From an uncultured delta proteobacterium (lineage in GTDB: Bacteria; Bdellovibrionota; FAC87; UBA2466), in the NCBI GenBank assembly GCA_963778115.1, contig CAVZSV010000004.1, forward strand, positions 2,656,001 to 2,720,000: a DNA stretch of 64,000 nucleotides, read 5' to 3'. Position 1 is the stretch's first letter; each line of letters begins with the position of its first letter. The position numbers and the translations under genes are program-made. Positions 19,173-29,149 of the stretch are shown here, piece after piece. The notes under the pieces are model-generated. The model was not told the origin of the DNA, searched no databases, and saw only the letters and a program-made list of their open reading frames with translations.

Positions 19173-19478
19173 CTTAGCCTTCCTTTGAAGCCAAAAACTC
19201 ATCTGAAGCGCTTTAAAGTGCAAGCTTAACGCCCCATCATGACAGGACGATGACAGGAGAATTACAATTAGCAATAAGAAGTTCAATCAGATTGGGCAGA
19301 CTGGGCAGACTGGGGGGCTTCGTTTTCACCGGCAGCTAAAGGCGACAATAATTCGATGCGTTTTTTGATTCCCCTTAGTAGAGTAGCGTACAGCTGAGTT
19401 TTTCTTGGGGGAAATGGGTCGATGGGTTCATTCGCTGCGCTGGCGGCCGGGTTGTTAAGAAATAGGAAAAAACGCGTC

Positions 19479-20390
19479 ATGGGCCGATACGCGGCCCTTC
19501 TTCTCTTAGGCGCTTTTCTTCCCCAAATCAGTTGGGGCTGTGCTTGCGGGTGCGGTCTTTTCGATGTGGGAACGGGCGCTATGTTTCCCACCTCAGGCGG
19601 CACCACCGTCTCGCTTGAATACGATTTCATGGATCAGAACCAGAATCGAAACCTCTCTTCCACGGCCGATCCGTCTTTTAATCCCGACAAAGAAATTAAA
19701 ACCAGCTTTCTTACTGTAAGCGGACAGTACCAATTTAACCGAACCTGGGGAATCCAGGCCTCCATCCCTTATTGGTCGCGGACGTTTACTACTACCGATA
19801 CGTCAGGGAACGTCCAGACCTACAATCACTCAGCGCTGGGAGACATTCGGCTGAAGGGAACCTATACGGGCTTCTCGGAGGATATGACTACGGGATTTAT
19901 CTATGGGGTCAAACTCCCGACTGGAGATTCGAGCTATCCCAATTTTGATGCCGACACCGAGATTGGAACCGGCAGTACCGATCTATTACTGGGTTTCTAC
20001 CATCAGGGAAAGTTTAATGACGAAGGCACCTGGGCTTGGTTTGCCCAGCTCAATCTGGATCAACCTATCTTCACCAAACCGGGCTACCTCCCCGGAAATG
20101 AAATTGACGCTTCGTTCGGAGCTTACTTCAAGGGCCTCACTTTCGAGAATGGAAATAGGATAGTACCGATCCTCCAATTACTCGCCGTCGCGCGCTCCTC
20201 CGATAGTGGGAGTCAAGCTGATCCCGCCGATTCGGGATACAAAAGACTGCTCATCGCTCCCGGAGTAGAAACGGGTTTAGGTGACTTTCGAATTTACGCG
20301 GAAGTCCAGCTTCCGTTTTATGAGTTCTTCAATGGATATCAATTGTCAGCCCCGGCGCTTTTCAAAGTGGCAACGAGATATAGCTTTTAA
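19479..20390 (+). CDS. Outer-membrane beta-barrel protein with N-terminal CACGC motif
   Basis: Signal peptide, LGDI, KLPTG, GTGSTD, C-terminal YSF. Confidence 0.75.
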   Translation: MGRYAALLLLGAFLPQISWGCACGCGLFDVGTGAMFPTSGGTTVSLEYDFMDQNQNRNLSSTADPSFNPDKEIKTSFLTVSGQYQFNRTWGIQASIPYWSRTFTTTDTSGNVQTYNHSALGDIRLKGTYTGFSEDMTTGFIYGVKLPTGDSSYPNFDADTEIGTGSTDLLLGFYHQGKFNDEGTWAWFAQLNLDQPIFTKPGYLPGNEIDASFGAYFKGLTFENGNRIVPILQLLAVARSSDSGSQADPADSGYKRLLIAPGVETGLGDFRIYAEVQLPFYEFFNGYQLSAPALFKVATRYSF

Positions 20391-20411
20391 CGTGAGGTTA
20401 AATTCATTCGA

Positions 20412-20927
20412 ATGACTGACTATCGCAAGATCTTTCTCTTATTCGGGGTACTAACTATTCTGGTGAGCTCCCCCGCGTCCGCCTATCTAAATACCGGTGA
20501 CCCGGCACCTTCACTGATCGTGACGACTTTAACCGGGGAGGAGTTCAGCCTCGAAAAGCAAAAGGGGAAGGTGACCGTAGTTCATTTCGGGGCTACGTGG
20601 TGCGAAAGTTGCTTAGACGAAATGAAAGTACTCAATAAGTTCTACTCGGACTACCACTCACAAGGAGTGGAAACGATAGCCCTGTTCCTCGATCAGAAAC
20701 GAGAAAGGGGCGAGGTCGTAAAATTGACCAAAACCTTCAATATCCCGATGGCGGTGTCCTACGAAGCAAAAAAGAATGGCTTTGGTGCGATCGGCTCGCT
20801 TCCGCTTACCTACATTGTCGATGCGGAAGGGGTTGTAAGGGATCGCTTCATGAATGGAAAGATAGTCAGTGAGGCTAGTTTATTAGATTCATTTAAAGCG
20901 TGCTCCAGTAAGTCGGTAGGAAAATAG
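20412..20927 (+). CDS. TlpA-like thioredoxin/disulfide reductase
   Basis: ATWCESC, LPLTYIVD.EG. Confidence 0.88.
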   Translation: MTDYRKIFLLFGVLTILVSSPASAYLNTGDPAPSLIVTTLTGEEFSLEKQKGKVTVVHFGATWCESCLDEMKVLNKFYSDYHSQGVETIALFLDQKRERGEVVKLTKTFNIPMAVSYEAKKNGFGAIGSLPLTYIVDAEGVVRDRFMNGKIVSEASLLDSFKACSSKSVGK

Positions 20928-20968
20928 ACACCAAATCGAAAATCTGCGCCTAGCGTTAGTTGATCAAA

Positions 20969-20997
20969 TTGACAGTTGAAGTAGTAACCCGTACTTT
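20969..20997 (+). promoter_or_regulatory. sigma70-type promoter of the riboswitch-nrdAB transcript
   Basis: TTGACA-N17-TACTTT. Confidence 0.6.
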
Positions 20998-21015
20998 AAA
21001 AAACCTAGCGAGTAA

Positions 21016-21156
21016 TGCTGAAGTGACGGCTGAAGTCCGGTGAAAGTCCGGCGCTGACCCGCAACGGTGAGCGGACTCTCTTTGAGTTCCGTAAGTCCGA
21101 TCGCATCACTTCACGGCAAGCCAGTGGTTGTCCTGCTCTTCGCGGTTTTGGGAGCG
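21016..21156 (+). ncRNA. Cobalamin (B12) riboswitch
   Basis: GAAGTCCGGTGAAAGTCCGGCGCTGACCCGCAACGGT core, AAGTCCG B12 box, TGAAGTGA/TCACTTCA stem, downstream CTTCGCGG hairpin. Confidence 0.88.
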
Positions 21157-21245
21157 ACGACGTCAATTTAATCGACGTTCGCCATTTCCCAATTCTCCGA
21201 AGGGGAATTTTAAAATGTGGGTAATGTTTCGGGGGAACGAGAGTC

Positions 21246-23579
21246 ATGCAGGTCATTAAAAGAGACGGAACTAAAGAACCCGTTAAAATAGAAAAAATTC
21301 TCCATGCGGTTAACAAGGCGTGTCGAGGATTGCCGAATGTCGAGGCAATCGAGGTCGCCAAACGAACCATCAGTGGCTTACATGATGGAAGCCGCACCGA
21401 AGAATTGGATGACCTGTCGATCTCCACCGCTGTGATGTTGATGGGAGACGAACCGAATTACTCTAAGGTGGCAGCGAGGATGCTTTCGGAAAGCATCCGA
21501 AAGGAAGTTGGGCGAGATGTGGTTTTTCGGGACTATATCCAAAATGCCGCCGAACTTGGACTACTCAGCTCAAACGTGCTGGAGCTGGCCTCACAAGACT
21601 ATACGGCCATGGAATACGCCATTCGACACGAGCGTGATGATCTTTTTGATTACTTTGGATTGAAAACGATCGCGGACCGTTATTTACTGCGTCATCCCCA
21701 GACTAGAAAGTTGATAGAGCGACCGCAATGGCTTTTCATGCGAGTGGCACTCGGCTTGTCGAAAAATATCGCTGAAACTTTGGAGCTATATGAGATCGTA
21801 AGCGAGTTTTATTACACTCCAGCCACTCCCACGCTGTTTAACTCAGGTACCCAACATCCTCAAATGAGCTCCTGTTACTTGCTCACTGTCGCCCAGGACA
21901 GCTTAGACGGAATCTATAAATCCATCGCCGACTGTGCAAAACTTTCTAAGTTTTCGGGAGGAATCGGCATCGACTGGACTCCCGTTCGTTCTTCGGGCTC
22001 TCTTATCAAGGGCACCAATGGATTGAGTAACGGCATTATTCCTTTTCTTAAGGTATTTGATTCCTCGGTCCATGCGGTAAATCAGGGCGGAAAGCGAAAA
22101 GGGGCGGCCGCCATCTATCTCGAACCCTGGCATGCGGACATCGAACAGTTTTTGGAGCTTCGAAACAATACCGGCGCTGATGAAAGACGCACCCATCACC
22201 TGAATTTGGCACTTTGGATCCCTGATCTATTCATGAAACGAGTAGAGGCTGACTCCCATTGGTCGCTATTTTCCCCCAAAGACACGCCTGAACTTTTAGA
22301 AACCTTTGGAGAGGAATTTGAAAAACACTACGAAAACTACGAACGAGAGGGCAAAGCGCATAAACAGATCCCAGCCAGAGCGTTATACGCGCGAATGTTA
22401 CAAACCCTAGCGGAGACGGGAAACGGTTGGATCTGTTTTAAAGACAAAGCCAATCTGCGATCGGCACAAACTGGCCAGCCTGGAAATGTAATCCACAGCT
22501 CAAACCTGTGCACTGAGATTCTCGAAGTGACCTCTGGCGATCAGACTGCGGTCTGCAATCTAGGGAGTATTAACCTTTCCTCTTTTGTGATCCCTGATAA
22601 GGGAATCGATTTCGATCGCTTGATGAAGGTCACGGCGAGCGCCGTTAAGTTCTTGGATCGCGTCGTCGATCTGAACTTCTACCCTACCAAAGAGGCCGAA
22701 GCTTCGAATCGCCAATGGCGTCCGGTGGGTTTGGGTATCATGGGCTTGCAAGACGTATTTTTTAAGTTGAGGATGCCCTTCACCAGTCCTGAGGCGAAGA
22801 TACTTTCTTCCAAGATCTCTGAAACCATTTACTATCAGGCGGTAAAGACCAGTATTGAACTGGCACAAACGCACGGCTCGTTTCCCAATTTCAAAGACTC
22901 GCGATACGCTTCGGGAGGGTTGCAGGTTCAGCTCGCAAAAGAAACGCAGTCTTTGCATCCGGAAACTCATTTTGATTGGGACCGTCTGGCTGACGAGGTA
23001 AAACAAAAGGGGATTCGTAATAGCCTTCTTATTGCTATCGCTCCGACGGCGACTATTGCTTCTATTATGGGGAGCTTTGAGAGTATTGAGCCCCAGGTGG
23101 CAAATGTATTTAAGCGAGAAACGCTTAGTGGTGAGTTTCTCCAAGTGAACCGCTATTTAATCGAAGATTTAAAGCGGTGCGGCCTTTGGAATGCTGAAAT
23201 GCGTTCGAAGATTATTGCGGCTGATGGCTCTATCCAAGAGATCACCGAAATTCCCGTTGAGGTCAGGGAACTTTATAAGACTGCTTGGGAAATGTCTCAA
23301 AAGGATCTTATCGACATGGCCGTTTTGCGTTCTAAATTTATCTGCCAGTCTCAATCGCTCAACCTGTTCATGGAAAATCCAAATACTGGAAAACTATCCT
23401 CCATGTATATGTACGCCTGGAAGCAAGGGGTAAAGACGACGTACTATCTGCGTTCTCGAGCGCGCACGGGCATTAAGAAAACCACGGTAATGGATGCCGC
23501 TCCGGCCAGTGCGGTGAGCGAAACAGCGGCGGTAAGCTGTTCTCTGGAAAATCCGGAGACATGTGAGTCGTGCCAGTAA
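21246..23579 (+). CDS. nrdA: Class Ia ribonucleotide reductase, alpha subunit with ATP cone
   Basis: VIKRDG, PATPTL, SSCY, SNLCTEI, CNLGS, YYLR, C-terminal CESCQ. Confidence 0.97.
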   Translation: MQVIKRDGTKEPVKIEKILHAVNKACRGLPNVEAIEVAKRTISGLHDGSRTEELDDLSISTAVMLMGDEPNYSKVAARMLSESIRKEVGRDVVFRDYIQNAAELGLLSSNVLELASQDYTAMEYAIRHERDDLFDYFGLKTIADRYLLRHPQTRKLIERPQWLFMRVALGLSKNIAETLELYEIVSEFYYTPATPTLFNSGTQHPQMSSCYLLTVAQDSLDGIYKSIADCAKLSKFSGGIGIDWTPVRSSGSLIKGTNGLSNGIIPFLKVFDSSVHAVNQGGKRKGAAAIYLEPWHADIEQFLELRNNTGADERRTHHLNLALWIPDLFMKRVEADSHWSLFSPKDTPELLETFGEEFEKHYENYEREGKAHKQIPARALYARMLQTLAETGNGWICFKDKANLRSAQTGQPGNVIHSSNLCTEILEVTSGDQTAVCNLGSINLSSFVIPDKGIDFDRLMKVTASAVKFLDRVVDLNFYPTKEAEASNRQWRPVGLGIMGLQDVFFKLRMPFTSPEAKILSSKISETIYYQAVKTSIELAQTHGSFPNFKDSRYASGGLQVQLAKETQSLHPETHFDWDRLADEVKQKGIRNSLLIAIAPTATIASIMGSFESIEPQVANVFKRETLSGEFLQVNRYLIEDLKRCGLWNAEMRSKIIAADGSIQEITEIPVEVRELYKTAWEMSQKDLIDMAVLRSKFICQSQSLNLFMENPNTGKLSSMYMYAWKQGVKTTYYLRSRARTGIKKTTVMDAAPASAVSETAAVSCSLENPETCESCQ

Positions 23580-23623
23580 ATTCAGCCAATCATTAGCAAT
23601 CATTTTAGGAGAAATACTTCATC

Positions 23624-24631
23624 ATGTTACTCAATCCAGAACTCGATCTTACTTTGCGTCCGATGAAATATCCGCAATTTTTCCAGTTGTACAAAGATTC
23701 GTTGAAGAACATTTGGACGACGGAGGAGATAGACTTCTCGGTCGATTTTGAGCATCTCCGGGATAAGATAACCCCTCAAGAGGGACATCTCATTCGCCGA
23801 TTAGTGGCTTTCTTTGCTACGGCGGATAATTTAGTGGCGCACAACCTTGTGCTTAATTTTTATAAGCACATTAATTCTCCAGAATTTAGAATGTTTCTCG
23901 GAAAACAGCTGTTCGATGAGATGCTTCATGTCGAGACTTATCTCTTACTGGTGGATAATTACATTCCCGATGCCGAAGAAAGGCGAGAAGCCTTTTCCGC
24001 TTATCAGACCATTCCTTCCATTAAGCGGAAAGCCGATTTCTGTTTCAAATATATGGATTCGATCGACAAAATCGATGCGCTTGATAGCGATGACAAGCGC
24101 GGCCAGTTTGTCGAAAATCTAATCTGTTTTGCAGCCTGTATCGAAGGTCTTTTCTTTTTTGGCTCCTTCGCATACGTCTATTTTCTTAGAAATCGCGGAC
24201 TACTCCCGGGACTTGCTACCGCAACCAATTGGATATTTCGAGATGAAAGTATGCATATCGATGCTGCCATGATGGCACTTGCTTCGATTCGTACCGAGTA
24301 TCCTCAGATCTTCGATGAGCGATTGGAAGCCAGGACAAACCTAATGATAGAGGAAGCGGTCGAAGTGGAAATGGAGTTTTGCCGGGACAGCTTGTCTCAG
24401 GGGGTTACCGGCTTATCTCCAGCTCAAATGCACGACTATCTTAAATATGTCGCCGATCAGCGGCTGACTCAACTTGGATTCAAAAAGAAGTATTTCACCA
24501 AGAATCCATTTCCTTTCATGGTGCTGCAAGACGTTCAACCTCTAACCAACTTTTTCGAGAAGCGGGTTACCGAATATTCCAAAGGAATGACATCCAATCG
24601 CAGTTCCATAAGTTTTACGGACGCTTTCTAG
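23624..24631 (+). CDS. nrdB: Class Ia ribonucleotide reductase, beta subunit
   Basis: FFATAD, EMLHVETY (radical Tyr), EGLFF, DESMH, NFFE.RVTEY. Confidence 0.97.
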   Translation: MLLNPELDLTLRPMKYPQFFQLYKDSLKNIWTTEEIDFSVDFEHLRDKITPQEGHLIRRLVAFFATADNLVAHNLVLNFYKHINSPEFRMFLGKQLFDEMLHVETYLLLVDNYIPDAEERREAFSAYQTIPSIKRKADFCFKYMDSIDKIDALDSDDKRGQFVENLICFAACIEGLFFFGSFAYVYFLRNRGLLPGLATATNWIFRDESMHIDAAMMALASIRTEYPQIFDERLEARTNLMIEEAVEVEMEFCRDSLSQGVTGLSPAQMHDYLKYVADQRLTQLGFKKKYFTKNPFPFMVLQDVQPLTNFFEKRVTEYSKGMTSNRSSISFTDAF

Positions 24632-24633
24632 AC

Positions 24634-25578
24634 ATGCGCAATTTACTACTGCCCGCTTTACTGCTTCTGGTTGTGGGACAAACGGGTAATGCCGATTCTC
24701 CCGTGGGACCTCTTCTTCGAATTCCCAATCAGATCCGTTATTGGGCGGACTCGGGATTTCATGAAATGGTTCCGCCGTTAAGAATTCCCACCGATAGAAC
24801 GTTAACAGATACGATTCAAGTTTGGCTTAAGCTCCCCGAAACGGGAAAGGTTTCAGTGAAGAAGATATTTGATTCTTCTCGCTATCGCTATACCCTGATC
24901 TATCCGCCGGGCACCATCGCTGATCGAGTTGAGTTTGATCAAGGCAGTTCGGAAGGGGTGGGGGATGTTCGGGGGGCCAGAATCGATGAATCAGGAGGCT
25001 CCTATTTTCACGTTTACGAAACCGCTCCGGAACACGATCCCCATTTTTTAGAAGGCTACGAATGGAAGCGGTCTACCGGTGCGGTCGATGTTGAAGCGGG
25101 TAAAGCCCTTGTGCATCTGTATTATCCCGGTGGAGAAAGTGCCGAGTCCAGAAGTTTTGCCAATCACAACCACTGCGCTAACTGCCATCAGCCCAATCTA
25201 CCTACTCCGATCGTGATGGCCCCTTCTTTTAACTATGAGTCGGATTCCAGGGGTTTTTTTCAGGAGATTACCGAGCTGGGCAACGGGATGACCGTCAGAA
25301 ATCACAGGGAATGGGATCTTAACGCCGACGATCCGTTCATTAAAGTAGGGTGTAACGGCGAGCCCGCTATGATCGTAACTACCACTACGAGTCGGGGATA
25401 CGAGTGTTCAAATAATGCCGTTCCGTTTGGAACCCTTGATCTAAAAGCAGCCCTTGCAGCAGAGGATCCGCATGCGTTAAAGGTGTGCGAGTCTCGAGGC
25501 TATCTCTTTGATCACATGGATGTTGCCAGCCAAAGCATTTTCGCGGAAGCCGCGGCAGAATGCACTCAAGGGCGATAG
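24634..25578 (+). CDS. Secreted hypothetical protein with CxxCH
   Basis: Signal peptide, CANCH, several further Cys. Confidence 0.7.
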   Translation: MRNLLLPALLLLVVGQTGNADSPVGPLLRIPNQIRYWADSGFHEMVPPLRIPTDRTLTDTIQVWLKLPETGKVSVKKIFDSSRYRYTLIYPPGTIADRVEFDQGSSEGVGDVRGARIDESGGSYFHVYETAPEHDPHFLEGYEWKRSTGAVDVEAGKALVHLYYPGGESAESRSFANHNHCANCHQPNLPTPIVMAPSFNYESDSRGFFQEITELGNGMTVRNHREWDLNADDPFIKVGCNGEPAMIVTTTTSRGYECSNNAVPFGTLDLKAALAAEDPHALKVCESRGYLFDHMDVASQSIFAEAAAECTQGR

Positions 25579-26360
25579 GTGGGGTATCTTCCTATTTCAT
25601 AATGGGCAATCACTTCTCTCACGTCTTGGCCTGAGCTTGGGGTGAGCGCGCTCTTTAGTTCCGCCAAAAAATGTTCCCCTCGACTGTTAGGGGTCGGAAA
25701 AATTCCAAAGCTTTTTAGAGTACGACAGAAGTAAAGATAGCTCTGCGCCCATTCCTTTACGTCTAGGAGTAATCGTCCACCAGGTCCTGGCGGAGATCCA
25801 AATGATTCCGGAGGGAAAATTCCAAATTGATCTACCCAGTAAAGGGTAGGGCCGGGAGGTATCAAAACGAATGGGCCATTGGCGTGCGTGTTGCTATCCC
25901 AGGCGAAAGTAGAAAAGTTTTCTACTTGTCCGTGGATGATGAGGGGACGGGCAAATATATTGTCGCCTCTGGGATCCGCGAGGTCGTTTGCTTCTAGAGG
26001 GGACGCATATCTTTCGTAAGCATCTTCTCTGCCCATAAAGAGTTTCAGAGCTTGTACTGTCCCCTGAACGCGGCTAGCCGCCCATCCCCCACTCACCCCT
26101 CTTATATAGTGTTTTGCCCCCGATTTTGCTGCCAGAGGATTATCCACCCAAACGTAAGGCGCGTCCGAAACGAGTCGGGTAAGTGGCCATTCCAGTACCG
26201 GGAGAATTTTGCCCCGCACCGGGAAAAATAGGTCGTACATTCCGACCGATTCTAAAATTGCGGATAAACAGCCGGGTCTGTCACCGGCGATAGCAATGCA
26301 GGGAACGAGCGCCAGTAGCAAGAAGGCAAGTCGCGCGCATTTTACTTTTTTCACGAACAA
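25566..26360 (-). CDS. Secreted hypothetical protein
   Basis: 264-aa ORF with an AIA-type signal peptide. Confidence 0.6.
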   Translation of the reverse strand: MFVKKVKCARLAFLLLALVPCIAIAGDRPGCLSAILESVGMYDLFFPVRGKILPVLEWPLTRLVSDAPYVWVDNPLAAKSGAKHYIRGVSGGWAASRVQGTVQALKLFMGREDAYERYASPLEANDLADPRGDNIFARPLIIHGQVENFSTFAWDSNTHANGPFVLIPPGPTLYWVDQFGIFPPESFGSPPGPGGRLLLDVKEWAQSYLYFCRTLKSFGIFPTPNSRGEHFLAELKSALTPSSGQDVREVIAHYEIGRYPTYRP

Positions 26361-26519
26361 TTTGAGAACCTCGGGCCCTGTTTTCAGAGGCGCAACTTAT
26401 AGCACAACCGAAGGGTGGTGCGGGATTCCTTGGATATTTATCACAACAGAAATGATCCCAATTCACTTTTTGATTCAATAGTTTGCACATGATAACTTTT
26501 CGATAGAAAAGCGAATTTC

Positions 26520-27398
26520 CTATTTGGCTACGAGAGGTTCGGAGGCGGTCAAGGTGCGAGTAAACAGGGAAGCGTTGTAGCCTTCATAGAGAGCTTTCTC
26601 ATCTACAAAGTAGTCTTCTCCGGCAAGAGCCTCCGAGTAATGGTTTGCTACTGTGGATAGTGGAGTCACTTTGCATTGCGAAGGCTTCCCGGTGCAAATC
26701 CAAGCGCTTCCTTTTCCATACCGACTTTTAATTGCCAAAATATCTGACTGAGCAAAAGCAGATGTGCTAGCTTGTTGGAGCTCAAAACCCATGGGAAGAT
26801 AGCTAGCGTCAAAAGGGGATCCCTTAGTGATAGCGGCGTGAATGTTACCTGCTAGGATCAGGACAACCTCTTTTTCCTCTTTCTTATACTCTGAAATAAT
26901 ATTTCGAGCCATTTTAGTATCCCGATCCTGGCTTGTGGTCGAATCCATCGGATCAAAGCAATACACTTTAATGTCGTGAAGCCGTTGAAGAGCAGTGAGC
27001 AGATTAGCCATCGCTTTGCTGGATCTGCCGTCCTGAGACGATCTAGTAAAAAACGGAGAAGCTTTCAGAAGCGCTAGGTCGCCAGTAGCTAGAAATTGAT
27101 CGATGGTCTTTTGCTCGGAGCCGGGGATCTCTAGCGCTACAAAAAAAGAACGCTTTTGTTTCTGCAGTAAGCGAACCATGCCATAAACAAATGCCGGAGT
27201 CTCATTCGTTCCGTGCATCTCTCCTACCGTAATCGCTTTATAGTGAGCTAAACTCCCAGCAATATCGTCCGGAAGGTTTTTAAGATCGGTAACCTTGACT
27301 GCATTCTGTCTTAGATAGCCTAGGGACGGTTCGCAGGATGCCTTTGCCCCTGTGCTAATAAGAGCGATCAGGGATAGAAAAACCAAAGTGACTTTCAC
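26520..27398 (-). CDS. Secreted ChaN/EreA-superfamily-like protein
   Basis: VGEMHGTNE, ALE, RD..MA, LAGNIHA. Confidence 0.7.
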   Translation of the reverse strand: MKVTLVFLSLIALISTGAKASCEPSLGYLRQNAVKVTDLKNLPDDIAGSLAHYKAITVGEMHGTNETPAFVYGMVRLLQKQKRSFFVALEIPGSEQKTIDQFLATGDLALLKASPFFTRSSQDGRSSKAMANLLTALQRLHDIKVYCFDPMDSTTSQDRDTKMARNIISEYKKEEKEVVLILAGNIHAAITKGSPFDASYLPMGFELQQASTSAFAQSDILAIKSRYGKGSAWICTGKPSQCKVTPLSTVANHYSEALAGEDYFVDEKALYEGYNASLFTRTLTASEPLVAK

Positions 27399-27475
27399 TG
27401 ATACTCCTCCAAAAACAAATGGTAAGAAACTATTATGGGGCTAGATAAGACACTTTGCAAAGCAGGGGAGTTTCG

Positions 27476-28261
27476 GTGATTCGTACTTACGGAAAAACTC
27501 CTTACCACGTGGCGGTGATTCACGGAGGACCCGGCGCACCGGGCTACATGGCCCCCGTTGCCAGAGCTCTTTCAACCTTCGTCGGGGTCATGGAGCCTTT
27601 GCAAAGTAAGCTTAGGCTTTCCGACCAGGTCACAGAGTTAGAAGCGCAGTTGCTGGAGAAGGGGACTGCCCCCTTTTGTCTCATCGGATCGTCGTGGGGA
27701 GCCAATCTCGCTCTTTTTGTAGCAGCAAGACAAAAAGTTCGCGTGGGAAAGCTCATTCTCATCGGAAGTGGCACGTTTGACTTGGCTGGCTCGGAGGAAA
27801 CCAAAAAGCGAAGGGCGGATCGTATCGGCGAAGCGGGGCGTCGTCGCGTTAGCGAAATTCGGGCACAGTTCGAAAAAAATCCAACGCAAGATCAATCGGC
27901 ACTGCTTAGTGAGATGGCAGATCTATTCTTTACGGCGGATGTCTTTGCGCCCCTCACTCGGGATTTAGAAACCTTGGAAGTTCAGCAACAGGTAAATCAA
28001 AATGTGTATGCGGATTTTAAAGTACTTCGTGATGAGCCAGGCCGTTTGAAAAGGGAACTCTCATCGATTACTTGTCCAGTGACCGTGATTCACGGGGACT
28101 ACGATCCCCATCCGATAGAAGCCATTCGATCGTTTCTAGAATCGACCCTTCGTCAGACTACCTTTTTTGTCATTCCGGAATGCGGACACTACCCGTGGAT
28201 AGAGCGAGGGGCGAAGGATGTGTTTTATGAAAGGTTGATACGGGAAATAAAATTCCTATGA
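27476..28261 (+). CDS. Alpha/beta hydrolase
   Basis: HGGPG, GSSWG, HGDYD, GHYPW. Confidence 0.9.
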   Translation: MIRTYGKTPYHVAVIHGGPGAPGYMAPVARALSTFVGVMEPLQSKLRLSDQVTELEAQLLEKGTAPFCLIGSSWGANLALFVAARQKVRVGKLILIGSGTFDLAGSEETKKRRADRIGEAGRRRVSEIRAQFEKNPTQDQSALLSEMADLFFTADVFAPLTRDLETLEVQQQVNQNVYADFKVLRDEPGRLKRELSSITCPVTVIHGDYDPHPIEAIRSFLESTLRQTTFFVIPECGHYPWIERGAKDVFYERLIREIKFL

Positions 28262-28321
28262 TCGCAAGGACATAGAAATCTCGAATTGTGGGAATTTTCA
28301 TTGTTTAGTATGTTGTTTCGG

Positions 28322-28654
28322 ATGCGTAAAAGAGGACAATCTACAAAACGACGCGGATTTATCGTCTTTTTGACGTTATTGGCGAGTCTCCTGTTTAGCC
28401 AGCCTTTGTCCTATTCCTGCGCGAATGGCGAAAGCGGCCATCACTGTTCTTCTAAGCTCGAGCAAATTAGGGAAACACGATTGTTGGCTCTGGCAGGGTC
28501 TTCTGCCGAATTACGTCAGGGACATGTGCTGGTCCTAGCCCGGTTCGATGCTTTCGATGGGCCAAACCAAGAAAGAGATGCTGTTCAAGTGCAGCATTAT
28601 GGTCAGAACCTAAAGGCCTCCTTGCGCCAGGTTTCTTGGCCGCTTCGTTGTTGA
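28322..28654 (+). CDS. Small exported/membrane protein with Cys/His motif
   Basis: Basic N-terminus, TM segment, C..GHHC, ends PLRC. Confidence 0.5.
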   Translation: MRKRGQSTKRRGFIVFLTLLASLLFSQPLSYSCANGESGHHCSSKLEQIRETRLLALAGSSAELRQGHVLVLARFDAFDGPNQERDAVQVQHYGQNLKASLRQVSWPLRC

Positions 28655-28746
28655 GCCCCTCTTCTTCTCTCTTTGAAATCCGAAATTAATTTAAATCAAG
28701 TTAGAGATCGCGGCGTCACGTGTTCTCTCTCTTTTGAGGAATTGGT

Positions 28747-29088
28747 ATGTCTATTGAAAAAAACGTATCAGAAAACGAATCTAAGCATGGCCACTCCGTA
28801 TTGTTCGCGCGATTGGCGTGGGCTATGATCGGCCCCTGCGTGCTCTTGGCGGCAGCGGTCCAAGCGGCTAAATCACCCCACTGGCTCACGCTTTGGGAAG
28901 GCGTCTACCTGTTAGCGATCGTCATGATGATTGGAGGTCGCTATGTGGAGCAAAAATCGGGTCACGGGACGACGCTTTACAGTGAGCCTTCCACCTGGGG
29001 GCATTTCAGAGCCTTCGCGTTGAAGACTCTCGTCTTTAGCGTCGCGTTCTGGATTGTAGCAAGAAGTAGCGGAATGTATTTTCTGTAA
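28747..29088 (+). CDS. Small membrane protein
   Basis: GAGGA RBS, three hydrophobic helices. Confidence 0.65.
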   Translation: MSIEKNVSENESKHGHSVLFARLAWAMIGPCVLLAAAVQAAKSPHWLTLWEGVYLLAIVMMIGGRYVEQKSGHGTTLYSEPSTWGHFRAFALKTLVFSVAFWIVARSSGMYFL

Positions 29089-29149
29089 GTAAACCTAATC
29101 AGACCGGGGCTCGGCATCTCATTAGGATGACGAGCCCCTTGTTCAACCA

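Noticed and set aside
19290..19400. NiCo-type riboswitch (CTGGGCAG repeats, CCGG..GGCGACA) upstream of the CACGC barrel
   Set aside because: I could not find the 3' conserved segment or closing helices; an Infernal search is needed.
21005..21427. 140-aa minus-strand ORF
   Set aside because: Shadow of the riboswitch and the nrdA start.
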